Assembly: GCA_022750155.1 (NCBI GenBank)
Contig: JAKIWG010000002.1
Coordinates: 20,947-84,946, forward strand
Length of the DNA stretch: 64,000 bases
Direction: 5' to 3'
Source of the DNA: Thermoplasmata archaeon
GTDB lineage: Archaea; Thermoplasmatota; Thermoplasmata; Lutacidiplasmatales; UBA184
In this document: piece after piece, positions 1 to 9,554 of the stretch
Layout of the letters: each line of letters opens with the position of its first letter
Numbering within the stretch: the stretch's first letter is position 1
Notes under the pieces: generated by a model
Told to the model about the DNA's origin: nothing
The model's input: the letters and a program-made list of their open reading frames with translations, nothing else
The model's database searches: none
Program-made: the position numbers and the translations under genes

Positions 1-509
1 AGGACGTCGGGGGCTTCCTTCATCAGGACCCCCAGGGACTCGGTGGAACCGGCGAGGTCGCCGATCAATAGCTCGACCAGCGTCCCCGGAGAGGCGGCCC
101 GGATGGACCGGACGGTCTCGGCGAGGATGGCCGCCCCCCCGTCCTCCAGGTCGTCCCGGCACACCTGGGTCAGCACCACGTAGCGAAGGCCCCAGGAACG
201 GACCGCCTCGGCGACGCGCGACGGTTCGCTCTCGTCCACCGCGCCACGGCCCCAGCGGGTCTCGACGGCGCAGAAGGTGCATCGACGGCTGCATTGCGTG
301 CCGAGCAGCATGAGCGTGGCCGTCCCCGCCGACCAGCACTCCGAAAGGTTGGGGCAACGCGCTTCCCGGCACACGGTGCCGAGTCCCTGACCGTGGAGGA
401 TCGACCGGACCCTCGGGTATTCTCCCGAGGGGGGTCGGCTCCGGATCCATTCGGGCAAGCGGGGGGAAGGCGCCGGCGCCGCCGAGACGCTCGGGGGGGC
501 GGCCGACAC
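1..509 (-). CDS. lipA: Lipoyl synthase LipA; 3' end runs off the window. Putative GTG start at 509, in frame 24 nt after the cdc6 stop.
   Basis: Manual minus-strand translation gives RLPEWIRSRPPSGEY...LHGQGLGTVCREARCPNLSECW...GTQCSRRCTFCAV...VCRDDLEDGGA. These are the two LipA cysteine motifs (CPNxxECW and CxxxCxFCxV) and the RDDL box. The track lists no ORF here because the 3' end has no stop within the window. Confidence 0.7.
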   Translation of the reverse strand, partial: MSAAPPSVSAAPAPSPRLPEWIRSRPPSGEYPRVRSILHGQGLGTVCREARCPNLSECWSAGTATLMLLGTQCSRRCTFCAVETRWGRGAVDESEPSRVAEAVRSWGLRYVVLTQVCRDDLEDGGAAILAETVRSIRAASPGTLVELLIGDLAGSTESLGVLMKEAPDV

Positions 510-533
510 GGCCGAGCCACCCGGGGTTCGGTT

Positions 534-1757
534 TTAGGCTTTCCCCGTGGCGCTGCCGAGGCGCGACTCCACGAGGGTCCTGAGGAAGCTGGCGGGGACC
601 TCGTCCATGCTCAATCGGGCCGATTGGCCGGATCCGACCGGTTCCACCTGGACGAGTCCTTCGCGTTCGAGCTCCTTGACCGTCCGCCAGAAGGTGACCC
701 GGCTCATCGCCTTCGTCCCGTACTCCTCGGTAAGCGCCTGATAGGCGAGGCGGACGCGCTCCGTCGGGGAGGCGGTCCGGGGGCCCCGGAGGGTCCGAGC
801 GATCGCGAGCAGGACGAGCAGGGCGTTCTGGGAGAGCTCCTCGAGCTTGCCCTCCGTCATCGTCGGGAGGACGGAGCCCTTGGCCGCGCGGACGTGCTCC
901 GGAGTGATCTCGGCCGAGCCCTCCGCCTCGGCCGACCTCGCCGCGCCGACGAGGATCTCGAGGGCGAAGCGCGCGTCGCCTCCCGTGGAGGACGCCCGCG
1001 CGATCTGGTCGAGCACCTCGGGGGAATAGCTTCCCGGCCGAAGGGCGAGCTCGGCGCGGAACGCGAGGATCCGGGACAGTCCCTCGCGGTCGTACGGAGC
1101 GAGCTGAAGGCGGTGCGTGACCCCGAAGCTCGAGCGGCTCGCGGCGTCGAGGTACGGGAGGACGTCCTCCGCGGCCACCAGGAAGAGCGAGATCGATCCC
1201 AACCCGACCTCTCCGGGTCGCGAGAGCAGGTAGAGGAGCTTCGTCTCCTGGCGCACGAGGGCACTGACCTCGTCGAGGATGACGAATAGGTGGCGCGGGT
1301 TCTTGCGGATCCCTTGCTCGAAGACGTCGAGCATCTCGCTCAGCGAGTATCCCCGGTCCGGCAGGGAGACCCCTACGCCCCTCAGGAGCTGGAGCAGGAT
1401 CGTGCGGTCGTTCGACCGACGCCAGCAGTTGACGTACATCTTCATGACCGGGAGGTCGCCGATCCTTCCCGCGCGTTGGAGGTCTTCGCCGAGGCGATTG
1501 GCCAAAGCCGTCTTGCCGCTCCCGATCCCCCCGGTCAGGAGCTGGTGGTACGGCAGGCCCTTCGCCAGACCCGCCCGGTAGCGCTGGGTCAGCAGACCGA
1601 CCTCCTTCTCCCGCCCCACGAGGCGCGGGGGGAGGAACGCGGGGTCGAGTGTTTCCTCGGCCTTCAGGATCCGGTTCACGGCGCGCTCCGCTCGACCGAG
1701 ACGGAGGACGTAGATTATCTTCCCGGTCGGGCCCGGGCCCGGCGTCGCTCGATCCAT
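534..1757 (-). CDS. cdc6: Orc1/Cdc6 replication initiator, AAA+ with a winged helix
   Basis: Walker A GGIGSGKT, the VNCWRR and DEVS boxes and a C-terminal winged helix. The N-terminus (ILKAEETLDPAFLPPRLVGRE) is typical of Orc1. The start is chosen at the internal Met (MDRATPG); the longer ORF start at 1826 would overlap tmk. Confidence 0.85.
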   Translation of the reverse strand: MDRATPGPGPTGKIIYVLRLGRAERAVNRILKAEETLDPAFLPPRLVGREKEVGLLTQRYRAGLAKGLPYHQLLTGGIGSGKTALANRLGEDLQRAGRIGDLPVMKMYVNCWRRSNDRTILLQLLRGVGVSLPDRGYSLSEMLDVFEQGIRKNPRHLFVILDEVSALVRQETKLLYLLSRPGEVGLGSISLFLVAAEDVLPYLDAASRSSFGVTHRLQLAPYDREGLSRILAFRAELALRPGSYSPEVLDQIARASSTGGDARFALEILVGAARSAEAEGSAEITPEHVRAAKGSVLPTMTEGKLEELSQNALLVLLAIARTLRGPRTASPTERVRLAYQALTEEYGTKAMSRVTFWRTVKELEREGLVQVEPVGSGQSARLSMDEVPASFLRTLVESRLGSATGKA

Positions 1758-2347
1758 GGGGCCAACGCCGAGTCGACCTCCGCCGCGACGAACTCGGCCG
1801 GGCGGCTGCCGTCCACGACCAACCACCGGTGCTCGAGCGCGAGGCGTCGGTACGCCCGGTCGACCCTCGAGAGGGTCCGTCGACGCTCGAGGGGAGCGCG
1901 ACCTCTTCCCCGCGCACCCACCCGCTTCAGGGCCTCGTCGGGCGAGAGGTGAAGCAGCACGACCCGGTCGGGCACGACCGTGACGCCGCGCTGCAGGCGG
2001 TGCATCCGGGCGGCGACCCCGGCGGGCACCGCGCTCCCCTGGTAGGCGAGGGTCGAGTAGAAAGTGCGGTCCGTCAGGACGACGTCGTGCTCCGCCAACG
2101 CGGTGTCAAGCTTCGGGCGCGCGATGAGGCGGTCGAGCGTGAAGACCATGGCGCTCGCCCACGGGTCCTTCGGCGCCAGCTGTTGGGCGAGGCGACCGAG
2201 GTCGGGGTCGGAAGGCTCCCGGCGCGTGGCGACCGTCCACGTTCGGTTCCGCCACCGTCGGACGAGGCGTCGCTGAAGCGTGGACTTGCCGGACCCATCG
2301 ATCCCTTCCAGTGCGATCAGCACCCCCCGGTTCGGTCGGCGCCTCAT
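1715..2347 (-). CDS. tmk: Thymidylate kinase
   Basis: Internal start MRRRPNRGVLIALEGIDGSGKST gives the P-loop, and the rest is a dTMP-kinase fold of about 211 aa. An ATGA overlap joins it to the stop of the upstream hydrolase. Confidence 0.85.
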   Translation of the reverse strand: MRRRPNRGVLIALEGIDGSGKSTLQRRLVRRWRNRTWTVATRREPSDPDLGRLAQQLAPKDPWASAMVFTLDRLIARPKLDTALAEHDVVLTDRTFYSTLAYQGSAVPAGVAARMHRLQRGVTVVPDRVVLLHLSPDEALKRVGARGRGRAPLERRRTLSRVDRAYRRLALEHRWLVVDGSRPAEFVAAEVDSALAPWIERRRARARPGR

Positions 2348-3237
2348 CGCGTCGGCACCCCGTGGCGGACGGTGGGCAGGAATCCGTACACCTGCTCCAC
2401 CGCCTGCTCGAATGGGATCCGCAGGAGGTCGAGGTTCTCGGGCGCCGAGGCTCGGAGGGCCTTCGCCCGGCGCGCCACCGTGGCGAGGTCGAGCACCGCC
2501 CCCGGGCGTTTCGGGTCGTCGAGAAAGTCGGTCTCCCAGAACCACGGCCCCGGGTGGCGCAGGCTCCCCGCGACGGCATCGCGGGAGGCGAGGTAGGAGG
2601 GAACGATCCCGCCGAGCTCCTCGGGAGAGAGCACCGTCTTCGCGTAGTGCTTGACGAGCTTTCCCAGCGGGAACGACGCGCGGGCGGCGAACGCCGCCAA
2701 CTCCCGGTAGCCGGCCGCGTCGAGCTCTTCGCAGTGGACCACGGCCGGGCAGCCGACATCCCGGGCGATCTCGAGCGCGCTTCGGAGGACCTCGCTGCTC
2801 GCCTCGGCCAATTCGGGAGCGACGGCAAAGTGAGGACGCCCGATCTCGCCGAGGGCGACCGCCTTCCCTTCCTCCACCCATCGCCCGGCGAGTTCGAGGG
2901 CGGAACGCTGCAGTCCGACCGCAGCCTGGAGGCCGAGTGTTTCGGCAGCCCGGATCATGTCGATGGGATACGGCGCGACCGTCAGATACACCACCAGTCC
3001 GGTCTCGGCCTCCACCGCGCGCGCGATCCGCTCGGTGGTCTCGAACTGGGCGGCGTACTCCTCCAGTCGCGTCGGGGTCTTCGGGCCGTACTGCTGGGTG
3101 GCGAGGAACAGGTGCGTGCCGCCCGCGGCGCGGAATCGCTGGGCGGCCGCCACCCCCTCCCCGTCGGGCGAGAGGTGGCAGTGATGATCGACGACCGGAA
3201 GGTCGGACGGCTCGGCCACGACGCCCTCGAGGTTCAT
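2344..3237 (-). CDS. TatD-family metal-dependent hydrolase (TIM barrel)
   Basis: VVDHHCHL motif near the N-terminus, length of 297 aa, and operonic with tmk and cdc6. Confidence 0.7.
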   Translation of the reverse strand: MNLEGVVAEPSDLPVVDHHCHLSPDGEGVAAAQRFRAAGGTHLFLATQQYGPKTPTRLEEYAAQFETTERIARAVEAETGLVVYLTVAPYPIDMIRAAETLGLQAAVGLQRSALELAGRWVEEGKAVALGEIGRPHFAVAPELAEASSEVLRSALEIARDVGCPAVVHCEELDAAGYRELAAFAARASFPLGKLVKHYAKTVLSPEELGGIVPSYLASRDAVAGSLRHPGPWFWETDFLDDPKRPGAVLDLATVARRAKALRASAPENLDLLRIPFEQAVEQVYGFLPTVRHGVPTR

Positions 3238-3346
3238 TCCACCGAGGCGGGGGGGGCCCGCGGCGCGTCCGGTGGCGTGGGATGGTCGGACCGGCCGCGA
3301 ACCGTAGCGACGATCGACGCCCCCACGGGCGACATCGCCTCCGGCA

Positions 3347-3960
3347 CTATGAGCCTTCCCCGGCGGCGAGCCTTGCCTGGAACGCCCGGTCGTCGTCGTC
3401 CGGATCGGACAGCGCCCTACGCTCGAAGAAGTGTCGCAGGATGCGGCGCGTGAATCCCCACAGGACCCGACCCCGGTAGACCGTCGCGGGGACCTCGCGG
3501 GCTCCCTTCGAGGTCTCCCGGACCACCCACTCGGTCTCCGTGAGGCTCGACCTCGGAAGCCAGAAGACGTGCGCCACCTCGGTCCGGCTACGGGCCGTCG
3601 GACGGTTCGCCTGCGGCCCGAGCTGCGCGGCGAACACTCCGACGTTCATCTGGAACCGGGGGGCGTGGTCCGTACCGACATACCGCGGCGGGCCGGCAAG
3701 GTCCGCGGGACCGAGACCCACCTCCTCCCCGAGCTCTCGCACGGCCGTGGCTCGCAGGTCTGGGTCCGCCGGCTCGACGCGTCCTCCGGGGAGCGCGATC
3801 TGGCCCGAGGCGGGGTCCCCGGCCCGTACGGTCCGCTCGATCAGGAGGGTCTCGAGCTCCCGGGCCCCGTCGCGCATCAGGATCAGGACCGCGGCGTCCG
3901 CTCCTTCGGTCGGGGGACTCTCGGGGCGATGGAGGGCCAAGAGATCCGTCAGGGAGGGGA
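3347..3960 (-). CDS. NUDIX hydrolase; the start is uncertain (ORF open to 4099)
   Basis: Nudix box GGRVEPADPDLRATAVRELGEEVGL (GX5EX7REUXEEXGU). Confidence 0.65.
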
Positions 3961-3995
3961 TGGCCTTCGCCGTTCCAGGACCGGGAGCCGGCGAA

Positions 3996-4169
3996 TCACG
4001 ATTGCCAGTCGTAGGTGACCTTTTCGCGGGTGGCCTCGCGGTCGAGCGGGTTTTGCGATCGGGGCGCCAATCGCCGTTCGATCTGGGCAATGCGTCCACG
4101 CAACTCGCGGATCTGGCGGTCGAGTTCGGCCAGGCGATGTTCGACGTCTACGGCAGAGGGGGTGGCCAT
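3996..4169 (-). CDS. Small coiled-coil protein, hypothetical
   Basis: A GGAGA ribosome-binding site sits 4 nt upstream of the internal ATG (MATPSAVDV). The heptad-like stretch is RLAELDRQIRELRGRIAQIERRL. Confidence 0.4.
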   Translation of the reverse strand: MATPSAVDVEHRLAELDRQIRELRGRIAQIERRLAPRSQNPLDREATREKVTYDWQS

Positions 4170-4224
4170 TTGTCTCCGGTGAAGGGCATGCATGCACGGA
4201 TAGAAAAGAAACGCGCCGAGAGGT

Positions 4225-5049
4225 TCACCCGGCCGCGCTGGCCGACGCGCGGCCAGCCGATTCGAGTCGCTCGACGAACGACTCGATCGCGGCCGCGGTC
4301 TCCTCCGGGTGCTCTACCGGGACCAGGTGACCGCTCTGCGCGAACAGCTTGAGCTGGGCCCCTTGGATCGCCTGGCGGAGGAGACGACCGTGGGACCCGT
4401 CGACGACCGCATCATCGACTCCCTGGATGATCAGGGTCGGAAGCTTGATCTTCCCGAATCGCCCCCGAAGGTCGAAGGTCCGCACCGCCTCGCCCCATGC
4501 GAAGGCCCCGCGAAGGTCCCGGTCCCGCAGCTTCTCGCGCAGCGCATCCGCCACCTCCATGTGCGCCTCGATCCAATCCGGATAGAACAGATCCTTCAAC
4601 AACCGGAGCATGAACGCGTCGTACCCCTGCGTTCGATAGGTCTCCGCCCAGTTCTGAGCGACGGCGCGCGTGTGGTTGTCGCAATGGGTGGACGCGCCGA
4701 TGAGCGTCAGGCTCCGCAGCCATTCGGGAGTGTCGATGGCCCACTGGAGGGCGAGGAAGCCGCCCGCGCTGAGCCCGACCACGTGCGCCGAGGAGACGTC
4801 GTGGCGAGCGAGGAGGGCGCGCAGGTCCGCCTCCATCTCGGCGGACGTGAAGGTGAGGGCCGGAGGGGTCGGACTCCGGCCGTGGCCCCGGAGGTCGGGG
4901 GCGATGACGAGGAAACGCCGAGCGAGGGCCGGGATCACGCCCCGGAAGACGGTGTGGTCTCCCCCGAGGCCGTGGAGGAGGAGGATGGGGGGTCCGGAGC
5001 CCTCCACCCGGGCGAACAGTTCGACCGGGAGAGGGGCCGGCGCGGACAC
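4225..5049 (-). CDS. Alpha/beta-fold hydrolase
   Basis: HG oxyanion motif LLLHGLGGD and nucleophile elbow GLSAGG. Confidence 0.75.
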   Translation of the reverse strand: MSAPAPLPVELFARVEGSGPPILLLHGLGGDHTVFRGVIPALARRFLVIAPDLRGHGRSPTPPALTFTSAEMEADLRALLARHDVSSAHVVGLSAGGFLALQWAIDTPEWLRSLTLIGASTHCDNHTRAVAQNWAETYRTQGYDAFMLRLLKDLFYPDWIEAHMEVADALREKLRDRDLRGAFAWGEAVRTFDLRGRFGKIKLPTLIIQGVDDAVVDGSHGRLLRQAIQGAQLKLFAQSGHLVPVEHPEETAAAIESFVERLESAGRASASAAG

Positions 5050-5136
5050 GGCGCGCGGAGCGGGGCTCGATATTTACGATGGAGGGCGAACCGGCGGAGA
5101 CACCCTCTAATACGGTCGACCGGCTGTCTGAGGGCG

Positions 5137-5763
5137 ATGGCGAAAGGGGTCATGCTGATGAGCGGGGGGATCGACTCCCCCGTCGCGCTCGAGATGATCC
5201 TTCGACAGGGTCACGACATGATCGCGGTGCACATGGACAACCGCCCGTTCACCGACGACACGCCGCTCGAGAAGGTCACCGACCACCTGCGGCTCCTGCG
5301 CGAGCGCTCCGGGCAGAAGGTCCCGCTCTACGTGCTCCCGCACGGACCGACGCAGATCCAGCTCATGCGCAAGACCGACCGCCATGTGGGTTGTGTGCTG
5401 TGCCGACGGTTCATGTGGCGATCCGCCGAGAAGGTCGCCGAACGAGAGGGTGCGACGTTCCTGGTCACCGGCGAGGCCCTCGGCCAAGTGGCATCGCAGA
5501 CGCTCAGCAACATGCGCTCCGCGACGATCTCGGTCCGACTCCCGATCGTGCGCCCGCTCATCGGGTTCGACAAGCACGAGATCGAGACGCAGGCGAAGGC
5601 AATCGGCACCTACGGGATCTCGATCCGCCCCGGATTGTGCTGCCAGGCCGTGCCGGATCGCCCGGCCACCCGCTCCGGACTCGTTCAGATCCTCGGCGAA
5701 GAGGAGAAGATCGATGTCGACGCGATGATCGACGAGTGCGTCCGGCGTGCCGTCGTGATGTAG
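5137..5763 (+). CDS. thiI: ThiI-like PP-loop ATPase (tRNA sulfurtransferase / thiamine biosynthesis), short form without THUMP
   Basis: SGGIDSPVA PP-loop signature and a CVLCRR cysteine pair. The upstream in-frame part of the 484-aa ORF is antisense to the hydrolase gene. Confidence 0.65.
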   Translation: MAKGVMLMSGGIDSPVALEMILRQGHDMIAVHMDNRPFTDDTPLEKVTDHLRLLRERSGQKVPLYVLPHGPTQIQLMRKTDRHVGCVLCRRFMWRSAEKVAEREGATFLVTGEALGQVASQTLSNMRSATISVRLPIVRPLIGFDKHEIETQAKAIGTYGISIRPGLCCQAVPDRPATRSGLVQILGEEEKIDVDAMIDECVRRAVVM

Positions 5764-6057
5764 TCCGCCCGCCTCTCTTGGGGTCCTCCCCGGCCCGGCC
5801 ACGGCCCCACCACCGGATCGCTCGGGCAACTCCGAGCGTGGCCTTGGCGGGTAAGGGTACGGAACTGGCGTGGAACGACGCGGTATGTGCGAGTTCCGTG
5901 TCGCGGACTATCGCCCGGGAGGCGCGGCCCCACGTCTCGGGGGGTGGCTTTCATAAGGGAGAGGTACGTGCGCCCCCCCGCCCGGTCACCGACCTCGTTC
6001 CCCCGGCTCCAACTCTGCGGGGAGCGCCGCTCACCACCGGGCAACGGATCGAGAAGA

Positions 6058-7434
6058 ATGTACGAACGCAAACTACCCCTAAGCCGAATCTGGGCCACCG
6101 CCATCATCGTGGTGTTCGCCGTCGCGGGAGCATCGCTCCTGTTCGCGGCGAGCGGAAACGTCTCGGCCTCCCCCACCTGCAACCTGACCGTGAACTCGGA
6201 GAACCTGGCGAACAACGCCGTCCAGACGGCCATCAACAGCGCGAACCCCGGCTGGAGGATCTGCCTCGGCTCCGGTTCCTTCCCCGAGCAGCTCCACATC
6301 TCGACCTCCGGGCTCACCCTCGCGGGTGCGGGCGCCGGGCTGACGGTCATCGACCCTGCCAGCGTCAGCACCACGACCGTAGATTGGGACTCTAGCTCAC
6401 CCCAGGCGCCGTTGGCCGCCGTGATCCTCGTCGCCAACACCACGGGGGTCACCGTCGCGGGTCTCACGGTGAACGCGAGCGCGTCGGCGAGCTCGATCAC
6501 CGGCTGCGGCAGCGACTTCGTCGGCGTGGACTTCCAGAACTCCTCGGGCACGCTCACGCGCGCCACGGTCACCGGAGTCCAACTCAGCCCCTCGTTGTTG
6601 GGCTGCCAGAACCAACTCGCCGTGTATGCGTACACCGGTTGGTTCTCGACCTCGTTCGTTCCGTTCCCGCCGCTGCATGTCACCGTCTCCCAGACCTTGG
6701 TGACCGTGTACGGGAAGAACGCGATCACCTGCGATGACCCCGGTCTCACGTGCACGCTGAACGGCGACACGACCGTCGGCATCGGAGGGACCTCCGCGAC
6801 GGCTCAGAACGGCATCCAGGTGGCGTACGGCGCCGTGGGACATCTGCTGAACGACAAGGTCTCCGCGGACAACTACACGGGCGGCGGGTCGACCCTCGAC
6901 TGGTTCGGGACCGGCTTCCAGGCCTCGGGGATCCTGCTGTACAACGCGGGCGGCGGCACCACCGTCGCCCACTCGACGCTCTCGGGGGACCCCAACGCGA
7001 TCGCCGTCTTCGAGACGACGCCCTCGTCGGTCTACATCACCAACAACGGCATCACCGGCGCCGAAGGGTACGGTATCGTGGTGAACGGGGCGCCCGGCTC
7101 GACGGCGTACATCGGGAACAACACGGTCAACTCGGCGGCCACGGGGGCCCCGGGGATCCTGGTCGACAACGGGACGTTCAACGTCAGCCAGAACACCGTC
7201 TCTCACGTCAGCAACTCCGGGACGAACGGCGCGAGCCAGGTCGTCTGCGGAACGGGGAGCTATCTGAGCTGCCCGACGACGATGTCGATCCACACGGCGG
7301 CGGTCCAGGCGGTCTCGGAAGGGGCCGGCGGGCCGACCAGCGTGACGTTCTTCCACAACGGGTTCCACGCGGACGTGTTGAGCTTCGCCGCCGTCGCGAT
7401 GCCCACCGGGTCCGTGACGCTCCAGTGGGTCTAG
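6058..7434 (+). CDS. Secreted or membrane-anchored parallel beta-helix (pectate-lyase-fold) surface protein with many N-glycosylation sequons
   Basis: N-terminal signal anchor (IWATAIIVVFAVAGASLLFAA), repeated G/T/N/S-rich beta-helix rungs, and numerous N-x-S/T sites. Confidence 0.7.
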   Translation: MYERKLPLSRIWATAIIVVFAVAGASLLFAASGNVSASPTCNLTVNSENLANNAVQTAINSANPGWRICLGSGSFPEQLHISTSGLTLAGAGAGLTVIDPASVSTTTVDWDSSSPQAPLAAVILVANTTGVTVAGLTVNASASASSITGCGSDFVGVDFQNSSGTLTRATVTGVQLSPSLLGCQNQLAVYAYTGWFSTSFVPFPPLHVTVSQTLVTVYGKNAITCDDPGLTCTLNGDTTVGIGGTSATAQNGIQVAYGAVGHLLNDKVSADNYTGGGSTLDWFGTGFQASGILLYNAGGGTTVAHSTLSGDPNAIAVFETTPSSVYITNNGITGAEGYGIVVNGAPGSTAYIGNNTVNSAATGAPGILVDNGTFNVSQNTVSHVSNSGTNGASQVVCGTGSYLSCPTTMSIHTAAVQAVSEGAGGPTSVTFFHNGFHADVLSFAAVAMPTGSVTLQWV

Positions 7435-7660
7435 ATCGAACGGGGGAGATACGGGCCGGGGGATCCGACTCCCCCGACCCCGTCACGCCGGCAACCCTTT
7501 CCGAGGGCCGAGCGCCCCCCGTCCCGCCGAGTGAGCGAGGGGTACGGGCGGGTCCGGCGATTTGAAGCGACCCTGACCTTGCGAGAGAAGAGGTAATGGG
7601 CCTCGGGTCGCCTCCGGTGGAAGGGTCCGGGTCACCGGACCCATCGAAGAGAGGAGCGGC

Positions 7661-7945
7661 GTGCCGTACTATCAGTTGCGGGTCTGTTCGACGGGAGGGG
7701 CGTTCGAGGCCGTGCCCCGGCCCCGTCATTCCCTCGATCTGAAGTGGGTGCGGGAGAAGCTCGAAGCCGAGCAGATCCCGGTCACCGACGCCCGGGTGAT
7801 GCTCGTGATTCGACTCGAGCGGGAGGTCACGGTAAGCCGGGATGGCCGGATGCTGATCAAGAGCCGGGATTCGGCAGAGGCCGCCACGATCTTCGCCCGA
7901 TTGCAGCGACTGCTCGACCTCCCTGAGGTCGTCGCCGAGGACTAG
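7661..7945 (+). CDS. Hypothetical small protein (94 aa)
   Basis: GTG start preceded by GAGGAGCGG. It lies between a palindrome and the thiolase gene, and the sequence is not low-complexity. Confidence 0.45.
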   Translation: MPYYQLRVCSTGGAFEAVPRPRHSLDLKWVREKLEAEQIPVTDARVMLVIRLEREVTVSRDGRMLIKSRDSAEAATIFARLQRLLDLPEVVAED

Positions 7946-7972
7946 CACAGGTATCATGCGGCCGGGAGGCGG

Positions 7973-9127
7973 ATGCGCGAAACCTGGGTAGTCGGGGCCG
8001 CCACGAACCGCTTTGGCAAGATGGCCGAAACGGGGCGGGAGGCCGCCTCCAAGGTGGCGCTCGCGGCGATCGAGTCGGCGGGGATGGAACCGAAGGACAT
8101 CGAGCAGACCTTCGTCAGCAACGCCTTCGGGGTCGCCGAGCGCCAGGCGCACCTCGGGCCCCTCATCAACACGGCGCTCGGGATCCCGGAGGCACCGTCG
8201 TGCACCATCGAGTCGGCGTGCTCCTCTTCCAGCGCCTCGCTCCACGAGGCGTACGTCCACGTCGCGGGCGGATTCTCGGATGCCGTCCTGGTCGTGGGGG
8301 TGGAGAAGCTCTCCCACCTCGATACCCTCGCGGCCACCAGCTACTTCGCCATGGGCGCGGACTACGCGTTCGAGACCCGGAACGGAGCGACGTTTCCCGG
8401 GCTGTACGCGACCCTTGCGAGCGCCTACCAGAAGCGGTTCGGGACCCCCCCGGAGGAATTCGGGGCGGTGGCCGTGAAGAACCACGCGAACGCGGCGATG
8501 AACCCCCACGCCCACTTCCAGAAACCGATCTCCATGGCCACGTACCTCGCTTCGCCCGTGATCGCATCCCCCCTGCGCCTCTACGACTGCTGCCCCTTCT
8601 CCGACGGCGCGTCGGCCGTGGTGGTCGCGTCGCGCGAACGGTACCCTTCGCCGCCTTCGGAGCCGCTGGTGATCCGGGCGTCGACCCGCAGCGGATCCGT
8701 CGCCGATCTGCACGATCGCGCCACCCTCACGGGACTGCCGGCCACCCGAACGGCCGCCGCCAAGGCGTATCGCCAGGCGGGCGTGGAGCCCGGCCAGATC
8801 GATTTCGCCGAGGTCCACGACTGCTTCACCGTCGCCGAGGTCATGGCGCTCGAGGACCTCGGGTTCTTCTCCCCCGGGACCGCAGGCGCCGCCACGGTCG
8901 AGGGGGTGACCGCCCACGACGGTCGGTTTCCGGTGAACCCGTCCGGGGGGCTCAAGGCCAAGGGCCACCCGATCAGCGCGACCGGGGCCGCCCAGGTCGT
9001 GGAGATCTTCGAACAGTTCAACGGCCGAGCCGGGGGCCGGCAGGTCCCGAAGACCGGTCTCGCGCTCGCCCACAACGTCGGGGCGACCGGTGGGTCGTGC
9101 TCGGTCCACATCTTCGGCCGACGGTGA
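7973..9127 (+). CDS. Thiolase-like protein (SCP-x / acetyl-CoA acetyltransferase family)
   Basis: Thiolase fold with the active-site region CSSSSAS and a C-terminal GHPISATG. It pairs with a downstream DUF35 gene, as in archaeal thiolase/HMG-CoA synthase complexes. Confidence 0.8.
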   Translation: MRETWVVGAATNRFGKMAETGREAASKVALAAIESAGMEPKDIEQTFVSNAFGVAERQAHLGPLINTALGIPEAPSCTIESACSSSSASLHEAYVHVAGGFSDAVLVVGVEKLSHLDTLAATSYFAMGADYAFETRNGATFPGLYATLASAYQKRFGTPPEEFGAVAVKNHANAAMNPHAHFQKPISMATYLASPVIASPLRLYDCCPFSDGASAVVVASRERYPSPPSEPLVIRASTRSGSVADLHDRATLTGLPATRTAAAKAYRQAGVEPGQIDFAEVHDCFTVAEVMALEDLGFFSPGTAGAATVEGVTAHDGRFPVNPSGGLKAKGHPISATGAAQVVEIFEQFNGRAGGRQVPKTGLALAHNVGATGGSCSVHIFGRR

Positions 9128-9140
9128 AGCGGGAGGTCGG

Positions 9141-9542
9141 ATGGGGGACGAGTCGACGACGGAGGGCCATTCGATCGAGGAGTATCGCCGGGGCTACGAG
9201 CAGGAGCGCCGACTTCGGGGGTTTCGCTCTCAGTGCGGGTTCACCACCGTGACCTGGGGGCTGCTCTGTCCCCAATGCGGGAAACGCGACCTGGCCGAGG
9301 CCGACCTGGTGGGAACGGGCCGAGTGGCGGCGTTTTCCGTTCAGCAGGTTCCGTCGGACGAGTTCCTGAACGATGTTCCCTACGCCTACGTCGTCGTCGA
9401 CCTGGACGGGGGAGGCCGCATCACCGGATGGATGCCGAGCGTCCGTTCGGAGGCCGAGCTGACGATCGGGGACCGCGTGCGGTTCGTCGAAAGCTACAAG
9501 TCGGGCGTGCACTTCGAGAGAGACTCGAAGGACATGCCGTAG
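9141..9542 (+). CDS. DUF35 OB-fold/Zn-ribbon protein, thiolase partner
   Basis: CxxC...CxxC rubredoxin-like ribbon (CGFTTVTWGLLCPQCG) followed by an OB fold. It sits immediately after the thiolase gene. Confidence 0.7.
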   Translation: MGDESTTEGHSIEEYRRGYEQERRLRGFRSQCGFTTVTWGLLCPQCGKRDLAEADLVGTGRVAAFSVQQVPSDEFLNDVPYAYVVVDLDGGGRITGWMPSVRSEAELTIGDRVRFVESYKSGVHFERDSKDMP

Positions 9543-9554
9543 TTCGGCGCGTGG

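Noticed and set aside
294-1289. 331-aa plus-strand ORF antisense to cdc6
   Set aside because: Arg/Gly/Pro/Glu-rich low-complexity translation typical of the reverse frame of a GC-rich gene. It lies entirely within the well-supported Orc1/Cdc6 gene.
4309-5136. N-terminal 276 codons of the 484-aa ORF containing thiI
   Set aside because: Antisense to the alpha/beta-hydrolase gene, with no THUMP-like sequence. The true start is at the MAKGVMLMSGGIDS methionine.
7208-9109. 633-aa minus-strand ORF across the beta-helix gene, small ORF and thiolase
   Set aside because: Composition is dominated by R, G, P and D. It lies antisense to three genes with clear homology, so it is a GC-driven open frame.
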